Made by a program: the position numbers and the translations under genes. From positions 1-26,249 of the IMG/VR virus record IMGVR_UViG_3300029517_000214: a stretch of 26,249 nt of DNA, one strand, 5' to 3'. Below are positions 8,291 to 17,602 of this stretch, in pieces. The DNA comes from a virus. Its lineage: Duplodnaviria > Heunggongvirae > Uroviricota > Caudoviricetes. A model generated the notes under the pieces. That model was not told the DNA's origin. It did no database searches and worked only from the letters and a program-made list of their open reading frames with translations. Each line of letters begins with the position of its first letter. Position 1 is the stretch's first letter.

Positions 8291-9496
8291 TTACTTCTCT
8301 GCAATCTTCAGCAGTTTGATGGCCTGCGAATCGACCAGCATTCCGCCGGTGCGCTTGGTGGTATAAAAACCGACAAACGGTTTATTGGTGTACGGGTCAC
8401 GCAGAATGCGGGTGCCGATACGGTCAACGATGGTGTAACCCCGTTTGAAGTTACCAAATGCGATGGCTTTCGCATCCGCAGCAATATCCGGCATCTGTTC
8501 GTTTTCAGCAATACCGTACCCCAGCAGAGAAGAAGGCTGCCCCAGTTCCAGCCCCGGACGCCACAGATAGTTACCCTCGTTGTCTTTCAACAGACGAATG
8601 GCAAACAGGCTGTTGTTGTTCATCATGAACTTCGCGCCAGTGCGGTGTGCCTTACGCAGCGTGTAAATCAGTTTGATAATGGCGTCTGCGGTCACCGCAG
8701 TCGCTTCGCCGGATACAATATGCTGAAGTTTGCCGAACGCCCGGACCTTATCGGTTTCATCAGTGGATTCATACGCCAGGAACCCTTTCGGCTTCTTGGT
8801 GCCATCGCCTGAGGTAAAGGCAATTTCTTCCTGTTCGGCAAATTCGGTTGCCAGCTCGCTGTTGATCCATGCTTCCACGTTGAAAAAGGCATCATCCAGC
8901 ATTTTCTGGGTGGCCTGCGGGTTACCGTAGATTTCCCCCATGAAAGGTTCAATCAGGCCCAGTTTTGAGGTGGCAGTCTGGGAGCGCGCGTCAGTCTCGC
9001 CAACCCATCCGGAAGCCGTGCCGCCCAGATTCACCAGTTTTTTGTAGTCGGAACCACCAATGGTGATCACCGTGGCTTCCTGACGCATCACCACTTCATC
9101 TTTCAGCAAGGTCAGAATGTTGCGATCCAGCGCTTCCGGCACGGCATAGCCGCCGTCTTCATCGGTGCCCACCTGTAATGCCTTGCGCTCCAGATCGCGC
9201 AGACCATCTTCACGGCCTTTACGCAGGAAGCCCACAAACGCTTCTTTATGCTCGGTGGTCAGTTTATTTTGCGCTCCACCAGCCGGACGTTTCAGCTCAA
9301 GCAGCTCTTTTTCAAGGTCGCTTTTGAGATTTTCCAGCTCGCTGAGTTTCCCGTTCAGGGTTTCCACCTGCCCGGCAAGCTTGCCTTTTTCCTGCTCAAT
9401 CGCATCCACGCGCTTGTCGTTCTTTGCTTTGAAGTCGTCAAACTTCTGCTGCAGCTCCTGCGCGACCTGTTCGACATCTTTAATATCAACCGCCAT
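8291..9496 (-). CDS. Major capsid protein, HK97 family
   Basis: 401 aa with coiled-coil N-terminal delta-like region followed by a capsid-fold region; AGGAG RBS 7 nt upstream; directly follows the prohead protease gene. Confidence 0.85.
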   Translation of the reverse strand: MAVDIKDVEQVAQELQQKFDDFKAKNDKRVDAIEQEKGKLAGQVETLNGKLSELENLKSDLEKELLELKRPAGGAQNKLTTEHKEAFVGFLRKGREDGLRDLERKALQVGTDEDGGYAVPEALDRNILTLLKDEVVMRQEATVITIGGSDYKKLVNLGGTASGWVGETDARSQTATSKLGLIEPFMGEIYGNPQATQKMLDDAFFNVEAWINSELATEFAEQEEIAFTSGDGTKKPKGFLAYESTDETDKVRAFGKLQHIVSGEATAVTADAIIKLIYTLRKAHRTGAKFMMNNNSLFAIRLLKDNEGNYLWRPGLELGQPSSLLGYGIAENEQMPDIAADAKAIAFGNFKRGYTIVDRIGTRILRDPYTNKPFVGFYTTKRTGGMLVDSQAIKLLKIAEK

Positions 9497-9510
9497 CGTA
9501 TTTCTCCTGA

Positions 9511-10161
9511 TTAGAAGTTCAGATTTTTCAGTGCATTCAGTGCAGAGCCCACATCCTCAGCGTCGCGCAGGGACAGTGCGCTATAGCCCCCGGCCATGAA
9601 TGCTTTGGCCTGGGTACGGGAGAGTCCGACATCACGCAGGACTCTTTCGATTTTTTTCTGTTCGGGGATTTCCCCGCGGGCCTGTGCGTTCTTGACGTCG
9701 CTGATCCGCGCCTCGTCGTTAGACGGGAACGTCACCAGGCTGACTTCCCAGAGGTCGATTTCTTTCAGCAGAAAGGCTTCTTTGCTCCGGTCGTATTCCC
9801 AGTCTTTCAGGACGTACCCAATAGAAAGGCCGGTTAACGAACCGGCCTTCATGTGTGCATGTGCGCGTTTTGCGAGGGGATCATCATCAATAAGCAACCG
9901 TCCCCTGACGTAAAGCCCGACATCGTCTTCCTTCATTTCGGTGTAAACACCGATGGGTTCATCCATGCGGTGCTGCCAGAGCAGCGCAGGTAACGCTTTT
10001 CTGTCACTCCACGCCCGCAGGGAAGCAGCAAATGCCCCGGACATCACCACATCATCGTGGCTGTCCTTTACACCAAAGACGGAGCCATACCCTTCAAACT
10101 CACCGGAGTCACTGACAGATTTCAGACTCAGCGGTACATCAAGACGTTGTTTCGTCTGCAT
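9511..10161 (-). CDS. Prohead protease (HK97 family)
   Basis: GYGSVFGVKDSHDDVVMSGAF region typical of HK97-type prohead proteases. Start placed at the internal Met 10161, which has an AAGGA RBS; the longest ORF starts at 10197. Confidence 0.8.
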   Translation of the reverse strand: MQTKQRLDVPLSLKSVSDSGEFEGYGSVFGVKDSHDDVVMSGAFAASLRAWSDRKALPALLWQHRMDEPIGVYTEMKEDDVGLYVRGRLLIDDDPLAKRAHAHMKAGSLTGLSIGYVLKDWEYDRSKEAFLLKEIDLWEVSLVTFPSNDEARISDVKNAQARGEIPEQKKIERVLRDVGLSRTQAKAFMAGGYSALSLRDAEDVGSALNALKNLNF

Positions 10162-11380
10162 TGGCGTTATCCTTCTGCTTACCGGCTTTACTGCCATCGG
10201 AGGGCTTCGTGGTCATGTTCATCGGTGTGAGATAGACATCACCACCGGGACGCGGATTCATATCTTCCAGGTCGCGGCAGTCATTGGGAGAGTAAATTCC
10301 CCAGTTGATCCCGGTGGCGTAGGCTTCAAAACGGGACTTCATATCCCCGCGCAGTAACGCCCCGGCGTTAAATTTGGCGTAATAAACGCCCTGCTTACTT
10401 TTTCGTACCAGTCCGGTGTTGATCCGCTGTTCGATGCGGGTCAGATACGGCACCAGTGAATAGTTGATAAATCCCAGCCCCAGCTCTTCGATATTGTTGA
10501 AGGTGGCGCGATCGGTGTTCTGCACCATGTGCAACGGCACCCGGAACAGACGACAGATTTCTTCAAGCTGAAACTTGCGGGTTTCCAGGAACTGGCTGTC
10601 CTCGGCGTTCAGCGCCATCGACTTCCAGTCCAGCCCCATCTCAAGGATCATCGGGCGGTGAGCATTGCCAAGCCCGGTGTGACGCTCCTCAAAATCTTTC
10701 TTCAGGCGCTCATAAGCCTGATCTGACAGCGTCTGCTCTGTACGCAACACACCCGACGTCACCGCGCCATTGCTGAACAGTCTGGCCCCGTGCTCTTCGG
10801 TCGCTGCCGCCAGCGATATTGCCTCGCGGGCATAGGCGATGGGATTCAGCCCCACCAGTCCGTCCAGCGTCAGCGTGCGCACATGCCAGATATCCTCCTG
10901 GCTCAGTACATCCGTGGAGCCATCCGGGAATGTGACCTGATAGACCGGCTCCCAGCTACTGTTAAGCTTCGGTACCACACAGCCGGGATCGACGGGCAGC
11001 AGTTCAGCCACTTCGCCAAATGCTTTCACTTTGTAGGCGTAAAAGTTTCCCCGCAGACACAGACAGGTGACCACCAGCTCCCAGAACTCCTGCGGCGTCA
11101 TATAGCCATTGGGATGCGTGGAGATCAGCTTATGCAGACGTTCGCCAGTGGCTCTCTGCTTCAGGCTGCCGTTCAGGTGATACAGGTTGCAGGGCAACAT
11201 CCCGACCGACTCCGCCAGCACCCTGACACAGGAAAAAACCGCCGTCAGTCGCATGGCCCGCTGGCTGCTGATCTGCTTTCCGGTATAGGTGTCGTAGGAC
11301 AACCCGATAGCATCCGCCAGCTCTGCTGGCGTGGTCACCGGTGCGTCACTTTTTCGTTGAAATAATCCCGAAAAGAACAC
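10139..11380 (-). CDS. Portal protein (HK97 family)
   Basis: 413-aa ORF between terminase large subunit and prohead protease; size and order are canonical. Confidence 0.8.
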   Translation of the reverse strand: MFFSGLFQRKSDAPVTTPAELADAIGLSYDTYTGKQISSQRAMRLTAVFSCVRVLAESVGMLPCNLYHLNGSLKQRATGERLHKLISTHPNGYMTPQEFWELVVTCLCLRGNFYAYKVKAFGEVAELLPVDPGCVVPKLNSSWEPVYQVTFPDGSTDVLSQEDIWHVRTLTLDGLVGLNPIAYAREAISLAAATEEHGARLFSNGAVTSGVLRTEQTLSDQAYERLKKDFEERHTGLGNAHRPMILEMGLDWKSMALNAEDSQFLETRKFQLEEICRLFRVPLHMVQNTDRATFNNIEELGLGFINYSLVPYLTRIEQRINTGLVRKSKQGVYYAKFNAGALLRGDMKSRFEAYATGINWGIYSPNDCRDLEDMNPRPGGDVYLTPMNMTTKPSDGSKAGKQKDNANADETTS

Positions 11381-11562
11381 TATTTACCTCCGCCGACAGA
11401 CGACTGTGTACGGTCGAGATATCGCGCCACCAGCCACGACCAGAACAGGCACAACGCCCCGGCAACAACAAACCCCGCCGGGGGATAAATCAGCCAGGCA
11501 CCATACGCCAGCAAAAGCGCCCCCAGCACGCCCACCAGAGGCGCGAGAATCAGCATGATCAT
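11380..11562 (-). CDS. Small membrane protein
   Basis: 60 aa with two hydrophobic helices; its stop overlaps the portal start (TGATG-type coupling) and it sits 12 nt after the TerL stop. Confidence 0.4.
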
Positions 11563-11573
11563 AATTACCTCAG

Positions 11574-13307
11574 TTAAAGCGAGCGGATCCCATAGGACTC
11601 AATGTGGTCAGACAGCGTGTCTTCTTTCTCGTACAGCATGGCTCTGCCAACCGCCATAATCAGCGCAACTGCACCATCGATTTTGTTTTCCGCCTGCTCT
11701 TTGACGGGCTTCACCACATCATCGTTACCCGGAATGGTTTTGCCGACCACGTTGCCGATACACCAGGTCATGATGGGATTGCCATCATGATGAAAGCGCC
11801 CCGATTCAATTGCCGCTTCCAGCTCTTTCATCGGGTCGGACATGTTGGTGTAGTTCTGAATGATAGTGATGGGGTTCAGGTCTTCATCAGCAAGGTCATG
11901 TGACAACCCGGTCGCCCCGAAGGGGTCGATGGGTGACTCACTGACCGGGCTGATTTTGTTCGCCGCTTTGGCCTCCTCGAGGATGTAGCGATAATCCACC
12001 TCCGCACCATCGGTAACGGTCAGAACGCCCATTTCCACCCATTTCTGAAAGCGTTCGGCTGTCCGTCGATCTTCATTTTTCTCGACGCTGTACACCGTGT
12101 CATACGGTACCCAGAAACGCGGGGCCACACTGTAGTAATGCGTTTTACCGTCAATCTCGCGGGTATAAAGTCGCGCCATACTGTTCATATCCAGCTTACG
12201 CGCCAGGTCAAAGGCCAGAATGCACGGCTGCCCCTCGAACTGCTCAAGGGTCAGTGATTTATCCTCGCAGCTCTGCCAGCTCACCAGATTGAAATACGCC
12301 GAACGCGCCGACACCCAGATATTGAGGTGTTTTGTTTTAAAGACGTTTGCCAGACGGGCGTTATTTTTCGCACGCTGCTGCTGACTTAACAAAAATTCGC
12401 GATAAACCGACACGCCAATATTTGGATTGGCTTTTTCCAGCACCTGCGGGTCGGTCCAGTCATCGCCTTCGTCAACGGTATAGATGATCCCGAACAGTTC
12501 ATCGTTGGGTACCGACCCGTTGAGCATCTCGATAACTTCCCGCCGCTTGTCGTAGCACGGCCCCTCAATGTTGTACCCGGCAGTAGTAATGGCCCACATC
12601 AGTGGCTGACGTCGCGCCCCCATCCCGGTAAGCATCGTGGTGTAAAGCGCATCGGTGGCGTGCTCGTGATATTCATCCACCACCGCACAGTGGGGTGATG
12701 AACCATCACCGGGGTTACCGATCAGCGGTTCAAAACGCGCACCATCCTCCGGACGGTTCATGTTTGAGGCGTTAACCTCAATCCCGAACGCTTCCGTCAG
12801 CATGGGTGTGCGTTTACACATCAGTCTTGCCGGACGAAAGACTTCCCATGCCTGTTTCTCCGTCGTGGCACCGGAATACACTTCCGCGCCGAACTCGTTA
12901 TCACAGGCAAAACAATACAGGGCGACACCGGCAGAGATTGCCGATTTGCCGTTCTTACGGGGGATTTCGGTATACACCTCACGGAAGCGGCGCAGCCGGG
13001 AGCCTTTATTGACCCAGCCAAACGCGCAGCAGATCACAAAGAGCTGCCACAGCTCCAGCGTGATGGGCATCCTCTTAAATGCCCACTCACCCTTGGTGTG
13101 CGGCAACAGCTGAATAAATTTAGCGGCCCGTTCAGCCAGGTCCTTGTCGAAGCGGTAACGAAACGACTTACTTTTTTCCGCCATCAGGTCATCAAGATGC
13201 CGCTGGCAGGCCTGAATCACAAACTGGCAGGCCACAATCTTTCCGCGCACGACATCACGGGCATACTGATTGGCAGCATTTACGTTGGGGTAAGATTTCC
13301 GGCTCAT
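11574..13307 (-). CDS. Terminase large subunit
   Basis: 577 aa with Walker A-like EIPRKNGKS and a C-terminal nuclease region; ATGA overlap with the small subunit gene. Confidence 0.9.
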
Positions 13308-13807
13308 GATTCGATGATTTTCAGAAACGGGTTAGTGGCTTTCTTCTTCCCCGCCAGGCCAATCAGACGCTGGCGGCTGCTGGGGTCGAGTCCGAGCATT
13401 GCCCCCGTACTGCTCATCTCGGACTCCTGTTCTTTTTTGGCGGTCAGCTCCGGATTTTTGACCATACCGCCCATTGCACCGGTGATGGTGTTGCCCTGTC
13501 TGGCAATATTTTTCACGGCACGTCGCCAGAACTCATAGGCCACACACCACCGCTCAAGCACTGCGAGGTCAGTCACGCACAGCAGGCCCTGACCGCAGAG
13601 TTCTTTAGTTGTCAGTTGCCACATGATCGTGGCGAGAGGGAGATCTTCTTCAGCGAACCACTCCGGTGGCTCAACACCTTTGATGGGCGTAAAAACAGGT
13701 TCATCTTTATTCAGGGCTCGCTTGCCGGGGTTTCCGGCCAGCGCCTTGCGCGCCGTTGGCTTGGGGCGACGCCCGGAACGCCCCGCCGTTCCAGCCATAT
13801 GCGGCAC
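13304..13807 (-). CDS. Terminase small subunit (P27 family)
   Basis: 167-aa basic N-terminus ([22 protein letters not shown]) typical of P27-family small subunits, immediately upstream of TerL. Confidence 0.75.
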   Translation of the reverse strand: MPHMAGTAGRSGRRPKPTARKALAGNPGKRALNKDEPVFTPIKGVEPPEWFAEEDLPLATIMWQLTTKELCGQGLLCVTDLAVLERWCVAYEFWRRAVKNIARQGNTITGAMGGMVKNPELTAKKEQESEMSSTGAMLGLDPSSRQRLIGLAGKKKATNPFLKIIES

Positions 13808-13924
13808 TCCTGGTTAAATTTCATTTTTCGCGGGTATAAAAAAACGATGGGGCGGGCAGTCCGGAAGGCGCGCGGTTGCAAAGATTCGACCTCCCCCTCC
13901 CCTGGCTGATGATGACATCAATTC

Positions 13925-14275
13925 TCACCTGAACCGCTCACGCGCGGTCTTCACTGCGTGACACGACCAGCACAGACTCTCAAGGTTGCTGTCTTCATCA
14001 GTGCCGCCGTGAGCCTTCGCCTTGAGGTGGTCCACGCAGGACGCTTGCTTCACAACTCCCTGCCGAAGATGGTTCTGACATAACCCTTTGTCGCGCTTTA
14101 GTATCCGCTCCCGGATGACTTCCCACTTTGTTCCATATCCGCGCTGCTGCCGTGATTGACCTGGCTTGTAGGATTTCCAGCCCTCACCTTTATGATTTTC
14201 GCAGTAGCCTGACGGATCTGTAGTGGTAGAACGGCAGCCGCGAACACGGCAGGCTTTTGGGATTCGTGGCGGCAT
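13925..14275 (-). CDS. HNH endonuclease (terminase-associated)
   Basis: Cys-rich N-terminus and C-terminal CVDHLKAKAHGGTDEDSNLESLCWSCHAVKT HNH motif; located just upstream of terS as in HK97-like packaging modules. Confidence 0.8.
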   Translation of the reverse strand: MPPRIPKACRVRGCRSTTTDPSGYCENHKGEGWKSYKPGQSRQQRGYGTKWEVIRERILKRDKGLCQNHLRQGVVKQASCVDHLKAKAHGGTDEDSNLESLCWSCHAVKTARERFR

Positions 14276-14373
14276 ATGGAAAACTCCGGATAGAAATTAT
14301 GATAGAAACCATGTTATTTAATAGCGTTTCAATCCGTTAAGTAACAATGGTTATGCTCGTAAAGGACGCCCTG

Positions 14374-14763
14374 ATGACAAATAACTACATGAATGATTTC
14401 CTCAAATACTCACAGCCATATGTTCCAAAGGACTACAATCTTGCAAATGAATTTCATAGACGCCTTATATGCTGGATAAATGATTTTCACCGTGAACTTG
14501 AAGAAGAGTATGAGGTAGGAGGACAACTAGCTAGCTTTGGTAAAAACATTGAATTTCATTTCACAGACATAAGCTACTGGAATCCATCATTAATTTCTTT
14601 CATTGGTACTCTGGAGGATGGCAGTCCTGTAGAACTTGTTCAGCATGTATCTCAAATAAATGTCCTGCTAATCCGAAAAAAACGCTTATGCTTAGAGACC
14701 CCTAAAAGACCGATTGGGTTTGCTGATTGGGGTGAATACGACTCCTTTAAAGGAGATAATTGA
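14374..14763 (+). CDS. Hypothetical protein, opposite-strand moron at the bor position (possibly YbcV/YdfO-like)
   Basis: AT-rich plus-strand ORF between the spanin genes and the packaging module. Start assigned to the Met with an AAGGA RBS 8 nt upstream (MTNNYMNDF...); the longest ORF starts at 14347. Family guess is from memory of position and size only. Confidence 0.55.
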   Translation: MTNNYMNDFLKYSQPYVPKDYNLANEFHRRLICWINDFHRELEEEYEVGGQLASFGKNIEFHFTDISYWNPSLISFIGTLEDGSPVELVQHVSQINVLLIRKKRLCLETPKRPIGFADWGEYDSFKGDN

Positions 14764-14770
14764 TAACTTT

Positions 14771-14795
14771 ATTGCGGGCGATAATTGCCCGCAAT
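14771..14795. terminator. Hairpin between convergent genes (possible bidirectional terminator)
   Basis: ATTGCGGGC / GCCCGCAAT 9-bp stem with 7-nt loop, between the stop of 14374..14763 (+) and the stop of 14806..15024 (-); flanking U-tract is weak. Confidence 0.4.
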
Positions 14796-14805
14796 CTCGT
14801 TTGCC

Positions 14806-15024
14806 TCATAACTGGCTAATACAGTTGCGCTGTACTGCTTTGTTATGTGCCAGAATATCCCGCTTCGTAAGCTTATCCAGCACTTCAATGTCCTGACCTG
14901 TGAGGTAGATGATTCTTACCCAGTCACAGGCCGTGTCCGTTACTTCAGGTTTTGCGGGTAAAGTTTTCGCGCAACTCACGGTCAACATCGTCATCAGGTA
15001 GATGATTAACAGTCTGCTGTACAT
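14806..15024 (-). CDS. Putative outer-membrane spanin lipoprotein (o-spanin)
   Basis: 72 aa with signal peptide and lipobox-like LTVSC plus two further cysteines; overlaps the upstream gene by 80 nt in another frame. Confidence 0.45.
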   Translation of the reverse strand: MYSRLLIIYLMTMLTVSCAKTLPAKPEVTDTACDWVRIIYLTGQDIEVLDKLTKRDILAHNKAVQRNCISQL

Positions 15025-15214
15025 CCCAGGCTCCTTTTGTTGTCTCTACCCTACGTTCTGCAACGGCTTCAGTAGCAGCTGCACGTTCTTCAGTGCGTTG
15101 CTGGTCCGCTTTTGTTTCTGCGATACTTGTACCGCGTGATTTACCCAGACCAAAAGCACCTGCAATTGCAGCCAGCACAGCAACAACCAGGCCGATAATC
15201 ATTTCAAGTCCCAT
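14945..15214 (-). CDS. Putative inner-membrane spanin (i-spanin)
   Basis: N-terminal TM helix (MGLEMIIGLVVAVLAAIAGAF) then a charged Ala/Glu/Arg-rich segment; start at 15214 with GAGG RBS, just after the endolysin stop. Confidence 0.45.
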   Translation of the reverse strand: MGLEMIIGLVVAVLAAIAGAFGLGKSRGTSIAETKADQQRTEERAAATEAVAERRVETTKGAWDVQQTVNHLPDDDVDRELRENFTRKT

Positions 15215-15221
15215 AGTGACC

Positions 15222-15836
15222 TCATACCAGTGCGGCTTTTGCTTTGGCGTAACGTTCACGGCGGTCTTTAATGCCATTCTGTCCGCCGTTAATAATCTGC
15301 GTTACACGTTCCACGTCACCCGAATACATCAAGCAACCGCGTAACGTGAAGTACCACGCCGCCGAACGGGCCGCATGTCGCTCCTGCGTTAGCAATTCTG
15401 GTGTATTGACAAGGTCAAGTTTCAGCGCCGCACCACATTTGGTGTAGTTCTCACGGCCAGTAATTTGAAGCAGGCCACGACCGCGATATTTCCAGCCGTC
15501 ACCCTGGCTGTTATTCCCCATGCGGTCACCGTAAACCAGATTGGCTATTTGCGGCTGGTGAGCGACCTGTTTACCATCGACACGCCCCAGCATTTCGCAC
15601 TGGTACGGCGTCAGACGCTTACCAAAGGTTTTCTTCAGCCCTTCAACCGAGTAGTTAAAACTCTCTGCCAGCGAAGTAAATCCTGCAGACTCATGCCCGA
15701 CTTGTGCAATGAACATGGCCTGATCATTAACTGCTGTAATACCAAACTCTTTCATTGCCGCATCAATGTGCGGAAACCAGCGTGCAGAAACATCGGCGCT
15801 GATACCAGCCGCCTGCTGAAATTGTGATTGGTTCAT
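15222..15836 (-). CDS. Endolysin, probably glycoside hydrolase family 19 (chitinase-like)
   Basis: 204 aa directly downstream of two membrane-protein genes; FIAQVGHESAGF resembles the GH19 catalytic-region motif. Family assignment is from memory. Confidence 0.7.
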   Translation of the reverse strand: MNQSQFQQAAGISADVSARWFPHIDAAMKEFGITAVNDQAMFIAQVGHESAGFTSLAESFNYSVEGLKKTFGKRLTPYQCEMLGRVDGKQVAHQPQIANLVYGDRMGNNSQGDGWKYRGRGLLQITGRENYTKCGAALKLDLVNTPELLTQERHAARSAAWYFTLRGCLMYSGDVERVTQIINGGQNGIKDRRERYAKAKAALV

Positions 15837-16117
15837 TAGTGCCTCAGATGGTCAACCAGACGTGCCACATTGCCTCTGACGGCGACCAGCACGGACAGGA
15901 AAATAATGTTGGCCACGATAGTGGCCCACGATGAATAAGGGTAGATACCGCACAGATACGCCAGCGGTACGGCGCTATAAATGACCGTAAGCAGCCACGC
16001 TAAGCGAGATATCCACGGTCGATGTCTGGAGTCGCCACGACGATAAAACATCAGAGTAATAACAACACAAGCACATAACAGCGCATTTATAGTTGCTGTC
16101 GGGTCATTTAGCTCCAC
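15836..16117 (-). CDS. Holin-like small membrane protein (holin or antiholin)
   Basis: 93 aa with about three predicted TM helices, immediately upstream of the endolysin gene. Confidence 0.5.
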   Translation of the reverse strand: MELNDPTATINALLCACVVITLMFYRRGDSRHRPWISRLAWLLTVIYSAVPLAYLCGIYPYSSWATIVANIIFLSVLVAVRGNVARLVDHLRH

Positions 16118-16490
16118 CTGAACCTCCCCGGCGCGTTATGAGCGCCACCAGCGAGCCGATATCCTGATTATTCAGGAACGTCAGGATTTTAACGGCTAAA
16201 GCAGAGACGATTACGGCACCAATAGCATCCAGAGGTTTATCACTGTATCCGGTCAAGTTCGCCAGCTTGGAGCCAACCAACCCAGAGCAAAGGATCCCGG
16301 CAATATATGACACGATAAAATATGCTAGTCGGCGCGATGCACTCAGATCTGCTGCTGTTGCTATGTAGAATACAGCCCCTGCAAATGCGCCAAATACAAC
16401 GCCGTAATCAGTTCCGGTCAGCAGTCCATAAATACTAGCGCCCGTTAGGGCTCCACCAGCTAACCCTGTGCCGGAAATCGGATCGGACAT
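16104..16490 (-). CDS. Putative holin
   Basis: Gly/Ala-rich hydrophobic helices with a charged C-terminus (RRGGSGGAK); start taken at ATG 16490 with GAGGTGG RBS rather than the longer ORF start at 16556. Confidence 0.5.
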   Translation of the reverse strand: MSDPISGTGLAGGALTGASIYGLLTGTDYGVVFGAFAGAVFYIATAADLSASRRLAYFIVSYIAGILCSGLVGSKLANLTGYSDKPLDAIGAVIVSALAVKILTFLNNQDIGSLVALITRRGGSGGAK

Positions 16491-16598
16491 TAGCCACCTC
16501 TTATTGCAGTGAGTCCTCTCAGAAATAGAAATGAGAGGAATAAAAAAGGCCACCATTTGGCAGCCATAGAATTGATGTAATTATAACTAATTCATTAA

Positions 16599-17405
16599 CT
16601 ATTTCTTAATGATGCTATTTAACATTTCTAATGCAAAAAGCAACATGGAGCTAATAAAATACAATATAACCGCACTGGCAATCGCTCCAATTATAGCCTG
16701 GACACTCCAGTGAAAGTAATTTTTACCATTAATAACAAACTTAACACTAGGAAACAAAAAGTCGATAAGCTTAATTATTAATGGAATAGCAAAGCTCCAT
16801 AAGTTCGAAAACAAAATAAAGATACAAATAAATGATAAAGCAAATGCACCATCGATTGATAGTTTTGGCGCCAGTTTTGAGGCTGTCCATAAGCTAAGCA
16901 AAAAGCCAACTGTCACACCTGAAATCTGGATACTTAACATAGTCCAAGCTGTTCTAAAAAATCTAAATTTATTTTTGCACTTGTTAAGTAAATCCTGAAT
17001 CGTAATCCATAACGAGTCAACCCACTCATTATCTTCCGATGCTACAATCATTGTGCTGCTATTTGAATTCCTCTCATCAATTCGTAGCTCCATCCAAGAT
17101 CCATTCATCCTGTTAGACTGTCGACTTTGATAAGTTTCAATAGTAAAAATTATTTGATCAATCCTAGTGGCCTGTCTAAAGTATTTCACAAGCTCACCGA
17201 TAGAATCAACTTTATACCCCTTACCATCGAACAAAATAAAAAAAACACATTGAGCACAAACTTCCCTACTTTCCTTTTGAGCTTGCTCATTCATTTTAAC
17301 GCAGCGTTCGACAATTGCCGTGCTTAAGCTAATCAAGCTATCTTCATTTATAGAAACACCTGAAATATTCTTGCTTCTGTAAAAATATGACACTTTCGAT
17401 TCCAC
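16599..17405 (-). CDS. Hypothetical membrane protein: ~165-aa soluble N-terminal domain plus ~3 C-terminal TM helices
   Basis: 268-aa ORF in a strongly AT-rich island between Q/tR' and the holin; I recognise no family. Confidence 0.6.
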   Translation of the reverse strand: MESKVSYFYRSKNISGVSINEDSLISLSTAIVERCVKMNEQAQKESREVCAQCVFFILFDGKGYKVDSIGELVKYFRQATRIDQIIFTIETYQSRQSNRMNGSWMELRIDERNSNSSTMIVASEDNEWVDSLWITIQDLLNKCKNKFRFFRTAWTMLSIQISGVTVGFLLSLWTASKLAPKLSIDGAFALSFICIFILFSNLWSFAIPLIIKLIDFLFPSVKFVINGKNYFHWSVQAIIGAIASAVILYFISSMLLFALEMLNSIIKK

Positions 17406-17602
17406 TCCGCACCAGTCTCGATTTAGCGCAGGTTAACATAACCACTTCATTGGTAGAAGAAAAGAACTCTTCTTGTCAGAAAGCTACTGTGATATCCCTA
17501 AACCTGCAGATGATACAGAACAAAATTTAAGCATCAATTGTAGGCGATTTTAAATTCACTTTACAGTTTAGGCTGCCAATTGGCAGCCGATTGAAGCAGA
17601 AA

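Noticed and set aside
8240-9599. Plus-strand ORFs antisense to the capsid gene (8240..8812, 8730..8930, 9165..9599, 9248..9514)
   Set aside because: The minus-strand major capsid ORF is unambiguous; the Ser-rich antisense translations are compositional artefacts.
10529-11577. Plus-strand ORFs 10529..10726, 10790..11365 and 11341..11577
   Set aside because: Antisense to the portal and TerL genes with no RBS-like signals.
14945-15277. Long form of the i-spanin ORF starting at 15277
   Set aside because: It would overlap the endolysin gene by 56 nt; the internal ATG at 15214 has a GAGG RBS and sits just after the endolysin stop.
16491-16560. Hairpin CCTCTCA...TGAGAGG and GC-rich stem near a T6 run between the cargo gene and the holin as a terminator
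   Set aside because: On the transcribed strand the T-run precedes the longer hairpin and the alternative stem is only 4 bp; too weak to call, though partial termination cannot be excluded.
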